58,745 nt of DNA, from IMG/VR virus record IMGVR_UViG_2531839662_000025. One strand, written 5' to 3'. This DNA comes from a virus (taxonomy: Duplodnaviria > Heunggongvirae > Uroviricota > Caudoviricetes). Shown piece by piece: positions 9,946-19,564 of the stretch. Numbering within the stretch: position 1 is the stretch's first letter; every line of letters begins with the position of its first letter. The notes beneath the pieces were generated by a model. It searched no databases, was not told the DNA's origin, and saw nothing but the letters and a program-made list of their open reading frames with translations. The translations under genes and the position numbers were made by a program.

Positions 9946-11895
9946 TCACCTTTTAAATGGAGAATACCCAACGTCATGGGTGATTTTCATAAAGGGATCG
10001 CCTGTTTTCGGCAAATCGATGACACGCATTCCCGGCGGCGCGTTGTCAAACGTCACCTTAAGTTCGCTGCGGGTTGCCGGTGACGATGAAAGGCTTAACA
10101 GTTGATTCCTTTCCAGTGATACATTCGGGATGTAGCGTTTATCTGGAGATAAATACCCATCACCACGTGGCATCTGCCATCCGGTCATGTCATAGACAAA
10201 ATCATGGAACTGTTTGCCCCACTCGTCGAACTTATCATTCAGACCAAATCCACTATTCAGTGCATCAGCCACAAAATTTTTAACAAGCCAGGGATGTTCT
10301 TTTTCAAACTCCTGCGCCATCATGCCCAGTTCAAGCAATCCACCAATCAGACTGATCTTACCAAGCCCCTTTAATTTCAGCGCCGTTTTTCCTGCCGCCG
10401 TTGTCCATTGATTCTGGGCGACTGTTGCTGCACGAATGGCTGCCACCGCTTTCACACCAATATACAGGGCAGAAACCGTTGCTATTGTTTTTACTGCCTG
10501 TTCCCATCCCCCCATTGCCCTGACAACCTGATCAACCTCCTGCCAGACTTTTTTCACAACCGGCCCGACCGTTTCCCAGTTGTCAATAATGAGATACGCC
10601 CCCGCTACCAGTAACGTAATGAGTCCCTTTGCCGGTGTCATATTCATCACGCTACCCATGATTTTTGTTATGCGTGTCAATGTGCCAATCGCCACGCCCA
10701 TCGTCAGTAATGCCGCACCAGTTTTCGCGATGGTTTTTACGACATCAGGATTTTCTCTGACAAACGTGCGCACTTCTTCCAGAAAAGGCTTCATCTCTTT
10801 TATGCCTTCATTGATTGAAGGCAGGAAGGTTTCCCCCAACGTGGAAGAAATCGCATTGATCTGGTTCTGCAGCAGCAACAACTGATTTTCCGTCGTCGCG
10901 GCACGGGCGGCATATTCTTTCTGCATTGAGCCGCCATACTGCTGCGCATCCGCCACACGATTAAAATTGGTTCGCAACAAATCCAGATTCGTGAGCAGCG
11001 GCGCAATGGCTCCCAGAGACTCCTTCCCGAACAGCGCATTAAGCACAGCAGCCTGTTTTTCTTTCGGCACTTTCGCCAGAGAATCCAGTACGTGCAGCAT
11101 GGCCCCACGGGCGTCTTTCTGCATATCCGCCGCCAGTTTTTTCGGGTCAATGCGCAACAGGCGAAGCGCTTTTTTCTGCGATTTGGTGGCAGAATTCCCC
11201 GCAGTCAGCGACAGCATAAAATTCTTTATCCCCGTCGCAGCAATTTCTGATTCCACCCCCATTCCGGCAATGGTTGCCCCCATTGCGGCAATCTCTCCGG
11301 AGGCCACACCCGCAACACTGCCTAAAGGGCCAATACGGGTCACAACATCAGAAATCTTTTTCGCACTCGCAGGACCGGTATTACCAAGATAGTTAATCTT
11401 GTCCGCAAGCCCTGCCACCTCTCCCTGTGTCAGTTTAAAGGCAGTGCGCCACTGTGCCATCATCTGACCGGATTCTTCCGCCGTGGTGTCAAAGGCCACC
11501 CCCATCTTCACGGCGTCGTCAGTAAACTGCATCAGCTCGTCACGGGCGATGCCAGCCTGACCACCCGCCGCCACGATTTCGGCGATACCTTCCGCCGACA
11601 TGGGCAGTTCTGTTGACAGGTCGCGCACCTGTTCCGTCATTGCCTTAAACGCTTCCGGCGTATCCAGACCATCCACCACTTTCCGGACATCCGCCATTTT
11701 TGATTCAAGGGCAATGGCAGATTTGACCGGGAGCGCCAGCGCCCCCAGTACTGCGGTTCCGGCACCCGCTGCGCCCAGTGACAGGCTGGCAAACTCCTTT
11801 TTAAAACCTTTCAGCTGGCGCTGCATTCCCTTCAGCGGTGCCGATACCTTATCCACGGCAGTGATGATCGCCTTCAGCTGAAAACTGTCAGCCAT
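9946..11895 (-). CDS. tail tape measure protein
   Basis: 649-aa Ala/Gly-rich ORF between tail chaperone and N-like gene. Confidence 0.8.
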   Translation of the reverse strand: MADSFQLKAIITAVDKVSAPLKGMQRQLKGFKKEFASLSLGAAGAGTAVLGALALPVKSAIALESKMADVRKVVDGLDTPEAFKAMTEQVRDLSTELPMSAEGIAEIVAAGGQAGIARDELMQFTDDAVKMGVAFDTTAEESGQMMAQWRTAFKLTQGEVAGLADKINYLGNTGPASAKKISDVVTRIGPLGSVAGVASGEIAAMGATIAGMGVESEIAATGIKNFMLSLTAGNSATKSQKKALRLLRIDPKKLAADMQKDARGAMLHVLDSLAKVPKEKQAAVLNALFGKESLGAIAPLLTNLDLLRTNFNRVADAQQYGGSMQKEYAARAATTENQLLLLQNQINAISSTLGETFLPSINEGIKEMKPFLEEVRTFVRENPDVVKTIAKTGAALLTMGVAIGTLTRITKIMGSVMNMTPAKGLITLLVAGAYLIIDNWETVGPVVKKVWQEVDQVVRAMGGWEQAVKTIATVSALYIGVKAVAAIRAATVAQNQWTTAAGKTALKLKGLGKISLIGGLLELGMMAQEFEKEHPWLVKNFVADALNSGFGLNDKFDEWGKQFHDFVYDMTGWQMPRGDGYLSPDKRYIPNVSLERNQLLSLSSSPATRSELKVTFDNAPPGMRVIDLPKTGDPFMKITHDVGYSPFKR

Positions 11896-11979
11896 GCTTC
11901 ATCTCCTCGTTAATGCGGACGGCCTCGGCTTCCAGTTCTGTAAACTGCGAAATAGCCACCCGTCGCAGCTCCAGTGGAT

Positions 11980-12309
11980 TCAGTTTCCAGAACCAGGCAA
12001 CATTGTAGAGTCGTTTCCGGAGGTGCTTCCCGTCTCCGACTGGGTAAAAAAACGCAGGATCTGCATGCTGGTCTTAAAAATATCCAGTTTTGCCATCTGC
12101 GCCGCCGATGAACGCGGGATCCCCGCCAGCAGCGGGATATATTTCAGTGCCACCTGGCTGTCCAGTTTTATACTGCCCTCACCGGAAATAATGAAAGGAA
12201 AACCCAGGGCCTCGATTTCGTCATACGTGGGTTCACGCAACTCCAGCACATGCAGCGTTTCGTTATGCGCTGTCACCGGTTTTTTTAAAACAATTTCTGT
12301 CACGCTCAT
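11980..12309 (-). CDS. tail assembly chaperone (Mu gp41-like)
   Basis: 109-aa ORF between tail tube and tape measure. Confidence 0.5.
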   Translation of the reverse strand: MSVTEIVLKKPVTAHNETLHVLELREPTYDEIEALGFPFIISGEGSIKLDSQVALKYIPLLAGIPRSSAAQMAKLDIFKTSMQILRFFTQSETGSTSGNDSTMLPGSGN

Positions 12310-12665
12310 TACTGATATCCTCCCTCTTCGCCGTGAAATTCAAGATCTGCCGTACCTTCTTCGGCATTATGGTTTGCTTCGCCATGCAGCCAGGCCGCCG
12401 AAAGCACATACACCATGCCGTTTGCCAGCTCGGCAGTAATCGTCATCTGGTCTGAGGTGGTAATTTTGTCGACCGGAAAATTTTTGGGCACTTTAAACGT
12501 GCCCTTAACGTAAGGTGACCGCCAGGTCTCCTTGTAATCCACATCACCAGCCATGCCGACGACATCATCCCGGACATTGGTGTTCATCGGCACTTCAATG
12601 CCACCTGTCAGCGATAACTGCTGACCATCCACTTTAAAAAAACAGGTTCCGGCGATCTTTGCCAT
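12309..12665 (-). CDS. tail tube protein
   Basis: 118-aa ORF immediately after sheath gene. Confidence 0.7.
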   Translation of the reverse strand: MAKIAGTCFFKVDGQQLSLTGGIEVPMNTNVRDDVVGMAGDVDYKETWRSPYVKGTFKVPKNFPVDKITTSDQMTITAELANGMVYVLSAAWLHGEANHNAEEGTADLEFHGEEGGYQ

Positions 12666-14161
12666 TATGCTGACTCCTCTGAATACTGGAGACGGAACTG
12701 GTTAACCACCGCAAAGACACGTAACTGGTTAACATAATCCGGCGGGAACAGCGTGTTCAGTCGGTTCGGGTTATCCGCATCACGTTCAACTATCAGATAC
12801 TGTTTAAACAGATCGTAATTTTCCACAATACCGGCACGCTCCATCTGACGATATGTCGCCAGAAGCTCCCCTTTGATAACGGCAGGAGTAACAATCGCCT
12901 GCCCAGGACCAAAACGGGTACCATCATTTGCCAGCTTGTGGCGTCCGTACTTGCTTGTGATGACCGATTTCAGTTTGCGAAGAACATATGCGCTGGTATG
13001 CAGTGTTTCACTGTCCAGATAGCTGTTGTCTGCCACGCCATATGCATTCTTTTTGTATGTGGTTACGGAACGCTGGATCCGCAACGTGCCGCCTTCCACA
13101 TAAGCCGTCGCCACGCCGTGAGATAAAAGGGTCTGCTGCTCTGTCATGATGAATCGCTTACCTTTCGGTGCCGGAAGCATCCCCACCAGTTCCCCCGTCT
13201 GTGTCGGACGGGCCGGATCATTGCGGATAAATACCGCTTCACGGGCAAGGCGACTGGCAACCAGTTCATCGACAGGCGACTGGGTTTCTTTTTCGTAACC
13301 GGCAAGCGTGATATGTTGCTGATTATGCATATCTCCGGCATCAACCAGCTCTGACAGCGTTCCCAGTTTTGCGGTATAGACATGCCCGTATAACTGGCGC
13401 GCATAACTCCAGCGACCGCTGCTGTCATTCATTTCGGTCATCATCATATTGATGGAGGCGGCATCGTTGAACGGCAGACCGATAAAGTCGAATGCCTCAT
13501 CGCCCATAGCAGCAACAGCGGCAGTAAGATCAGGCGCGCCACTACCCGCAGTTCCGGCTTCCGTCACAACCTGAAGCCCCGCAGGCAGAATCTCACCACC
13601 ACCAGAACCATAATAATTCAGGCAGACAGGCAACTCGTTACCATACAGCCCCTTATGGCGGGCAGTCAGCGTCACCACACCTGCATCAGATGACGCCGCA
13701 AACGGCAGGGTGATAACCCCGTTTACCGCTTCCTTAATCGCGGTGGCAACCGCAGTAGCATCATCGCCATTCACCACAGGCACCTGTACACGGTAGCGCC
13801 CGACATACAGACTCAGGGTGCCGCTTTCCTCTGCTTCTCCGGTAACTGTCACCCTGACCGTCGCCGCCGCCCCTTTGGCTTCCGGTACTGCAATAACATA
13901 CAGTTCACCGAAAGGATCTGTCTGACGGTAGACGTCAACCATACGCGCCAGCTGGCTCCCGGCCCCACAAATCTGACGGGCATAATCTGCCGACGGCATC
14001 AGCACCAGGCTGTTAACCTCAATGGCGGCATCGTTGCTGGCATGCCCGATCAATAATGCAGGCGCGCTGGTCACTGCTGTATTTGCCGCAGAATTGTCCA
14101 TCTCGGCGTAAAACAACGGCACCAGCGTATTCGACGGAACAGCACTAAAACTTATTGTCAT
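12665..14161 (-). CDS. contractile tail sheath protein
   Basis: 498-aa ORF; Mu L-like sheath size and position. Confidence 0.85.
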   Translation of the reverse strand: MTISFSAVPSNTLVPLFYAEMDNSAANTAVTSAPALLIGHASNDAAIEVNSLVLMPSADYARQICGAGSQLARMVDVYRQTDPFGELYVIAVPEAKGAAATVRVTVTGEAEESGTLSLYVGRYRVQVPVVNGDDATAVATAIKEAVNGVITLPFAASSDAGVVTLTARHKGLYGNELPVCLNYYGSGGGEILPAGLQVVTEAGTAGSGAPDLTAAVAAMGDEAFDFIGLPFNDAASINMMMTEMNDSSGRWSYARQLYGHVYTAKLGTLSELVDAGDMHNQQHITLAGYEKETQSPVDELVASRLAREAVFIRNDPARPTQTGELVGMLPAPKGKRFIMTEQQTLLSHGVATAYVEGGTLRIQRSVTTYKKNAYGVADNSYLDSETLHTSAYVLRKLKSVITSKYGRHKLANDGTRFGPGQAIVTPAVIKGELLATYRQMERAGIVENYDLFKQYLIVERDADNPNRLNTLFPPDYVNQLRVFAVVNQFRLQYSEESA

Positions 14162-14319
14162 GATTCTTTAGCCTTATCCTGTTTAACACGTACCACATCA
14201 CCCGCCGCTATACGGCGGAGCCAGTAGCTGTTTTCTTCCACATTTCGCCCGTCAGAAGGCAAAAGGTCTCCACGGGCAGGGTCAGGAACCGACCGCCCTT
14301 TCAGGGGTTTCACAAACAT
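14158..14319 (-). CDS. small conserved phage protein (53 aa, Mu gp38 position)
   Basis: Hand-translated ORF absent from track (under 60 aa): MFVKPLKGRSVPDPARGDLLPSDGRNVEENSYWLRRIAAGDVVRVKQDKAKES; stop overlaps sheath start (ATGA). Confidence 0.45.
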   Translation of the reverse strand: MFVKPLKGRSVPDPARGDLLPSDGRNVEENSYWLRRIAAGDVVRVKQDKAKES

Positions 14320-14328
14320 GAGGGACTC

Positions 14329-14892
14329 TTATTTCTGAGGGAAACTCATTTCCAGATGGTGCTCAAAGTCACCATCCGGGCCAGTACCAGGATCAATGTA
14401 ATCCACATCAATACTCAGCAGAGATAAATCCGGCAGAGCATTCACGTCCTCTGCCTGTCGCGTGTCTTCTTCCGTGATTTCATACTTCGCCGTAAAATCA
14501 AACTGGTAATACAGTTCGTAACGGTTCAGATCCAGCAGCGTGCCACCGGCATAAACAATCTCGCCCCCCTGCGGGTCCGGCATCCACCCAAGCAGGGCTT
14601 TCCAGAGTTCTCTACGGACATCATGAACGGCGTCATAGGCTGCCCACTGCCCTTTTTCATCACGCTCATTGCTGAGCACAACAATAACGGAGAAGCCTTC
14701 TGTCAAATCCTGCCAGTAATCGGTCTGTGATTTTTGTTCCCCCGGCGCATCGTCAGAGGGGACAACATAGGCAGCAGGCAGACGCAGTTTTCCGGCATCA
14801 GGGATCGCCTTAAACTGCGCTGCACCACCAACACGATTCTCAAAACGCGGGCATCGCTCACGCAACGCCGCAATTATTGTTGTCAGTTTCAT
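14329..14892 (-). CDS. virion/tail-completion protein (Mu gp37-like)
   Basis: 187-aa ORF between neck genes and sheath; function inferred from position. Confidence 0.45.
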   Translation of the reverse strand: MKLTTIIAALRERCPRFENRVGGAAQFKAIPDAGKLRLPAAYVVPSDDAPGEQKSQTDYWQDLTEGFSVIVVLSNERDEKGQWAAYDAVHDVRRELWKALLGWMPDPQGGEIVYAGGTLLDLNRYELYYQFDFTAKYEITEEDTRQAEDVNALPDLSLLSIDVDYIDPGTGPDGDFEHHLEMSFPQK

Positions 14893-15452
14893 TTATGCTT
14901 CCTTTTTACCGGACGTAACGAACACTGCAACTCACGGGACAACAGTTCCTGCGTCCAGTGACGCCGCCGCTCAATAACGTCAGCCATAAAGTTATTACGC
15001 GGAGCCAGCCGGAAAGCCGAAGAATGGTGCTTCTTCTGCCGCTTATCCTTTTTATCCATTCCATAAGCTGAATGGCGAACGCCGTAATACAGAAATGCCG
15101 GATAATAGGGTGCGCCTTCAGGGAAACGGCGATTCCCCTGCCCGTTTTTCTGGTTAGGAGAAATTTTCACCATCAGTCCGGGGCGACGCGTCGTTTTTTT
15201 GGGAACGTAATAACCGATGGAGCGGGCCAGACGCCCGGTCTGATATCCCGGGTTCTCTCCCGGACCGGATCGTCCGCGTTTAATCACCAGACGTCTTGCG
15301 TCGCGCATATAGACGCGCCCGATCTGCACAAATGCCCGACGCAGACGGGCGCGATTAAACTCCAGCTCCTTTGGTTGTTTAAAGTCGACGTGTAAAAATG
15401 CTGTCTGATTCATGGCATTCACCCCGTCGTCGCGCTGTACGCAGTTCTTCAC
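14889..15452 (-). CDS. neck protein (HK97 gp10-like)
   Basis: 187-aa basic ORF in head-tail joining cluster. Confidence 0.45.
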   Translation of the reverse strand: MKNCVQRDDGVNAMNQTAFLHVDFKQPKELEFNRARLRRAFVQIGRVYMRDARRLVIKRGRSGPGENPGYQTGRLARSIGYYVPKKTTRRPGLMVKISPNQKNGQGNRRFPEGAPYYPAFLYYGVRHSAYGMDKKDKRQKKHHSSAFRLAPRNNFMADVIERRRHWTQELLSRELQCSLRPVKRKHK

Positions 15453-15828
15453 ATTCCAGCAATAAAAAACGCCGCTGACCGTTCAGGTCGCGTATTCGCC
15501 GGATCCGGTACTCCTGACCGTAATAAACCACCTCATGATCTGCCGTGATGTCGTGACGGAAACGGATCGTAAAATAATGCGTAACGATATTTTCTGTCTG
15601 CACTGAGCCCTGATAAGCGGCAGCGCCTGGCTGAGCCACCTTTGCCCAGACATCAAACGACTCCGTATATGTCGGCTCCGTACCAAAATCAGCGGTGGGT
15701 TCATCCACCCGAAGGCGGATCTTTATTCGGCGATTCAGCTCTCCGGGATCCGGTAAAAGGTAAGTGGCACTGGTCTGACTTTGCCTGATTTTCATAGCGG
15801 GACAATCCTGTAAGGGCCAGCAAGCCAT
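15379..15828 (-). CDS. head closure / head-tail adaptor protein
   Basis: 149-aa ORF following gp6-like connector. Confidence 0.5.
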   Translation of the reverse strand: MACWPLQDCPAMKIRQSQTSATYLLPDPGELNRRIKIRLRVDEPTADFGTEPTYTESFDVWAKVAQPGAAAYQGSVQTENIVTHYFTIRFRHDITADHEVVYYGQEYRIRRIRDLNGQRRFLLLECEELRTARRRGECHESDSIFTRRL

Positions 15829-16115
15829 CTGAAACTCATTGGCGTTTCCAGCTTCTCCACATCGGTGATCGTTGAGCGATTTTCATAAAAATGACTGACC
15901 AGCATCAGCATTGCCAGACGAACATCATCAGTCAGATGCATCCCGTCAGGATCGTCTTCCGGAATCGTCTCTTCCGGTGCATACAACTTCCTGTTCAGGT
16001 ATGTCTCTGTTCTTTTCTGTACCGCCTGTGCCAGCAGTTTCAGAAAATCGCCGTCACTGTACAAACCATCATCGAGCCGGAGGTGAGATTTAATTTCCTC
16101 TTCTTTCAGGAGCAT
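15792..16115 (-). CDS. head-tail connector protein (gp6-like)
   Basis: Track ORF 15792-16136 uses a TTG start; a strong AGGAGG then ATG at 16115 is the likelier start. Confidence 0.6.
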   Translation of the reverse strand: MLLKEEEIKSHLRLDDGLYSDGDFLKLLAQAVQKRTETYLNRKLYAPEETIPEDDPDGMHLTDDVRLAMLMLVSHFYENRSTITDVEKLETPMSFRWLAGPYRIVPL

Positions 16116-16161
16116 ATTTTCCTCCTGTGCCCGCAATTACGCGGGCACAAAAAAAACCGCA

Positions 16162-17385
16162 TTACGCAGCGGCTTTCTGGCGGGTTGCAGCCCCAATTTT
16201 CATCAGCTTAATCGCCTGAGAATCCACCAGCATACCGCCGGTTCGCTTGGTGGTATAAAAACCCACAAACGGTTTATTGGTGTACGGATCGCGCAGGATA
16301 CGGGTACCGATGCGATCAACGATGGTATAGCCACGTTTGAAGTTACCAAACGCAATGGCTTTTGCATCGGCAGCAATATCCGGCATCTGTTCATTCTCAA
16401 CGATGCCATACCCTGCCAGAGAAGAAGGCTGACCCAGCTCAATACCCGGACGCCACAGATAATTTCCGTCGTTATCCTTCAGCAGACGAATGGCAAACAG
16501 GCTGCTGTTGTTCATCATGAACTTCGCGCCGCTGCGATGCGCCTTGCGCAGGGTGTAAATCAGTTTAATGATCGCATCGGCAGTCACGCCGGAAGCCGCA
16601 CCGGAAGCAATGTGCTGAAGTTTGCCAAACGCACGGGTCTTGTCATCTTCATCGGTGGACTCGTAAGCCAGAAAACCTTTTGGTTTTTTGCTGCCGTCGC
16701 CACTGGTAAAGGCAATTTCTTCCTGTTCGGCAAATTCCAGCGCCAGCTCACTGTTGATCCAGTCTTCCACATTGAAGAAAGCGTCATCGAGCATTTTCTG
16801 GGTGGCCTGCGGGTTGCCGTAGATTTCCCCCATAAAGGGTTCAATCAGACCTAGTTTTGATGTGGCGGTTTCCGGACGAGCATCCGTTTCCCCCACCCAT
16901 CCGGACGTTGTGCCGCCCAGATTTACCAGTTTTTTATAATCCGAGCCACCGAGGGTGATCACAGTGGCTTCCTGGCGCATCACCACCTCATCTTTCAGCA
17001 ACGTCAGAATAGTGCGGTCCAGTTCTTCCGGAATGGCATAACCACCATCTTCATCATTGCCCACCTGCATCGCCTTACGCTCAAGCTCACGCAGGCCATC
17101 TTCACGCCCCTTACGCATAAATCCGATAAACGCTTCTTTATGTTCACCGGCAACTTTATTTTGCGTGCCGCCTGCCGGACGCTTGACTTCAGCCAGTTCA
17201 GCTTCAAGATCGCTTTTCAGATTTTCCAGTTCAGCCAGTTTTCCGTTGAGGGTTTCCACTTCACCAGCAAGTTTTCCCTTTTCCTGCTCGATCGCGTCGA
17301 TACGTTTGTCGTTTTTTGCCTTAAAATCGTCAAACTTCCGCTGCAACTCCTGCGCGACCTGTTCCACATCTTTAACATCAGCCAT
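16162..17385 (-). CDS. major capsid protein (HK97 fold)
   Basis: 407-aa ORF with N-terminal coiled-coil delta-like domain, downstream of prohead protease. Confidence 0.85.
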   Translation of the reverse strand: MADVKDVEQVAQELQRKFDDFKAKNDKRIDAIEQEKGKLAGEVETLNGKLAELENLKSDLEAELAEVKRPAGGTQNKVAGEHKEAFIGFMRKGREDGLRELERKAMQVGNDEDGGYAIPEELDRTILTLLKDEVVMRQEATVITLGGSDYKKLVNLGGTTSGWVGETDARPETATSKLGLIEPFMGEIYGNPQATQKMLDDAFFNVEDWINSELALEFAEQEEIAFTSGDGSKKPKGFLAYESTDEDDKTRAFGKLQHIASGAASGVTADAIIKLIYTLRKAHRSGAKFMMNNSSLFAIRLLKDNDGNYLWRPGIELGQPSSLAGYGIVENEQMPDIAADAKAIAFGNFKRGYTIVDRIGTRILRDPYTNKPFVGFYTTKRTGGMLVDSQAIKLMKIGAATRQKAAA

Positions 17386-17941
17386 TATTTTCTCCTGGTT
17401 AAAATTTAAGATTTTTCAGTGCATTCAGTGCGGCATCCACATCCTCAGCATCACGCAGGGATAAAGCGCCATATCCCCCGGCCATGAATGCTTTGGCCTG
17501 GGTTCGCGAGAGTCCAACATCGCGCAGGACCCGCTCAATAATTTTCTGATCAGGGATCTCCCCACGCGCCAGCGCATTTTTCACATCGCTGATGCGTGCT
17601 TCATCATTGGAAGGAAACGTCACCAGACTGACCTCCCACAGGTCGATCTCTTTCAGCAGGAATACCCCTTTTTCCCGGTCGTACTCCCAGTCTTTCAGGA
17701 TGTAGCCAATAGAAAGGCCGGTTAAAGAACCGGCCTTCATATGGGCATGTGCACGTTTTGCCAGGGGATCATCATCAACGAGTAATCGCCCCCTGACATA
17801 AAGCCCGACATCATCTTCTTTCATTTCGGTGTACACACCGATGGGCTCATCCATGCGGTGCTGCCAGAGCAACGCAGGCAGCGCCTTTTTTTCGCTCCAT
17901 TTCTGGAGTGTTGTGGTAAAGGCACCGGGGACCACCACATC

Positions 17942-18102
17942 ATCGTGGCTGTCCTTAACACCAAAAACAGAACCGTAACCTTACAAACTTCCCCGGAATC
18001 ATCGTACTAACTTCGTATAATGTATGCTATACGAAGTTATTACGATCGTGGCTGTCCTTAACACCAAAAACAGAACCGTAACCTTCAAACTCCCCGGAAT
18101 CA
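17942..18102. repeat. ~60-bp direct duplication of protease coding sequence flanking the lox site
   Basis: 17942-18001 and 18045-18102 are copies of the same sequence; upstream copy has two single-base insertions. Confidence 0.85.
18007..18040. other. loxP recombination site (33/34 match to P1 loxP)
   Basis: CTAACTTCGTATA-ATGTATGC-TATACGAAGTTAT: exact loxP spacer (inverted orientation) and right arm, one mismatch at outermost base of left arm. Confidence 0.85.
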
Positions 18103-18129
18103 CTGACGGATTTCAGGTTCAGCGGTATA

Positions 18130-19371
18130 TCAAGACGCTGTTTTGTCTGCATCTCCACTCTCCTTTTTCTTACCGTTGTCATCGCCAGCAGAGGGACTGG
18201 TGGTCATGTTCATCGGAGTCAGATACACATCACCGCCCGGTCGGGGATTCATATCCTCCAGATCACGGCAGTCATTAGGGGAATAAATCCCCCAGTTGAT
18301 CCCCGTGGCATACGCTTCAAAGCGGGATTTCATGTCGCCACGCAACAATGCTCCGGCATTAAATTTGGCGTAAAATTTTCCCTGCTTGCTCTCCCTGACC
18401 AGCCCTGTATTGATCCGCTGCTCAATACGGGTCAGATACGGCACAAGGGAATAGTTAATGAAACCAAGCCCCAGCTCTTCAATATTGTTGAAGGTGGCAC
18501 GATCGGTGTTCTGCACCATATGCAGCGGCACGCGGAACATGCGACAGATTTCTTCCAGCTGAAACTTGCGGGTTTCCAGGAACTGGCTGTCCTCGGCATT
18601 CAGTGCCACCGTTTTCCAGTCCAGCCCCATTTCCAGAATCATCGGACGATGAGAGTTTCCCAGCCCGACATGCCGTTCCTCAAAATCCTTTTTGATACGC
18701 GCATAAGCCTGGTCAGAAAGTTGTTGATCCGTACGCAACACACCGGATGTTACCGCGCCATTGCCAAACAATCTGGCACCATGCTCCTCGGTTGCCGCTG
18801 CCAGTGAAATGGCCTCGCGCGCATATGCAATGGGATTCAGACCGACAAGTCCATCCAGCGTCAGGGTACGCACATGCCAGATTTCATTCTGGGTCAGCAC
18901 ATCCACAGAACCATCCGGAAACGTCACCTGATAAACCGGCTGCCACTGGCTGTTCAGCTTCGGTTCCACACAGCCCGGATCTATCGGAAGAAGCTCCACC
19001 ACTTCCCCCAGTGCCTTTACCTTGTAGGCGTAAAAATTACCCCGCAGACACAGGCAGACGATAACCAGTTCCCAGAATTCCTGCGGCGTCATGTAGCCAT
19101 TGGGTTTTGCCGAAATCAGCTTATGCAGTCGTTCATCCACTGCCCGTGTTTTAAGAGTGCCGGTGATTTTGTAGAGGCTGCAGGGCAGCATACCAACAGA
19201 CTCCGCCAGCACCCTGACGCAGGAATACACCGCCGTCAGCCGCATGGCCCGCTGACTGCTGATCCGCTTTCCGGTATAGGTGTCGTATGACAACCCAAGT
19301 TCTTCCGCAAGTATCCCGGGCGTTGTGACGGGGGTATTATTTTTACGTTGAAAAAGCCCCTGGAAAAACAT
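18130..19371 (-). CDS. portal protein (HK97 family)
   Basis: 413-aa ORF upstream of protease and capsid genes. Confidence 0.85.
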   Translation of the reverse strand: MFFQGLFQRKNNTPVTTPGILAEELGLSYDTYTGKRISSQRAMRLTAVYSCVRVLAESVGMLPCSLYKITGTLKTRAVDERLHKLISAKPNGYMTPQEFWELVIVCLCLRGNFYAYKVKALGEVVELLPIDPGCVEPKLNSQWQPVYQVTFPDGSVDVLTQNEIWHVRTLTLDGLVGLNPIAYAREAISLAAATEEHGARLFGNGAVTSGVLRTDQQLSDQAYARIKKDFEERHVGLGNSHRPMILEMGLDWKTVALNAEDSQFLETRKFQLEEICRMFRVPLHMVQNTDRATFNNIEELGLGFINYSLVPYLTRIEQRINTGLVRESKQGKFYAKFNAGALLRGDMKSRFEAYATGINWGIYSPNDCRDLEDMNPRPGGDVYLTPMNMTTSPSAGDDNGKKKESGDADKTAS

Positions 19372-19553
19372 TACTCACCTCCGGAGGCGACCCAGTGACC
19401 ACGATCGAGATAACGCGCAACCAGCCACGACCAGCACAGGCACAGCCCCCCGGCAACAACAAAACCTGCCGGGGGATAAATCAGCCATGTGCCATACGAC
19501 AGCAAAAGCGCCCCCAGCACGCCCACCAGTGGCGTGAGAATTATCAGAAACAT
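19371..19553 (-). CDS. small hydrophobic membrane protein
   Basis: 60-aa ORF with two predicted transmembrane stretches between terL fragment and portal. Confidence 0.4.
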   Translation of the reverse strand: MFLIILTPLVGVLGALLLSYGTWLIYPPAGFVVAGGLCLCWSWLVARYLDRGHWVASGGE

Positions 19554-19564
19554 AATGACCTCGG

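Larger units (their letters stand above)
17399..18152 (-). pseudogene. prohead protease (HK97 family), interrupted by ~103-bp loxP-containing insertion
   Basis: N-terminus MQTKQRLDIPLNLKSVSDSGEFEGYGSVFGVKDSHD from 18152 runs into the lox sequence and a stop; rest of the protease (track ORF 17399-17938, GTG start) is out of frame with it. Confidence 0.7.

Noticed and set aside
10074-11392. Several 60-140-aa plus-strand ORFs inside the tape measure gene
   Set aside because: All are antisense to a long, coherent tape measure ORF and have biased low-complexity composition.
18007-18040. lox-like site as a natural recombinase target of the prophage
   Set aside because: 33/34 identity to P1 loxP with an exact spacer is too close for convergence, and the flanking duplication of host coding sequence indicates insertion by homology arms.
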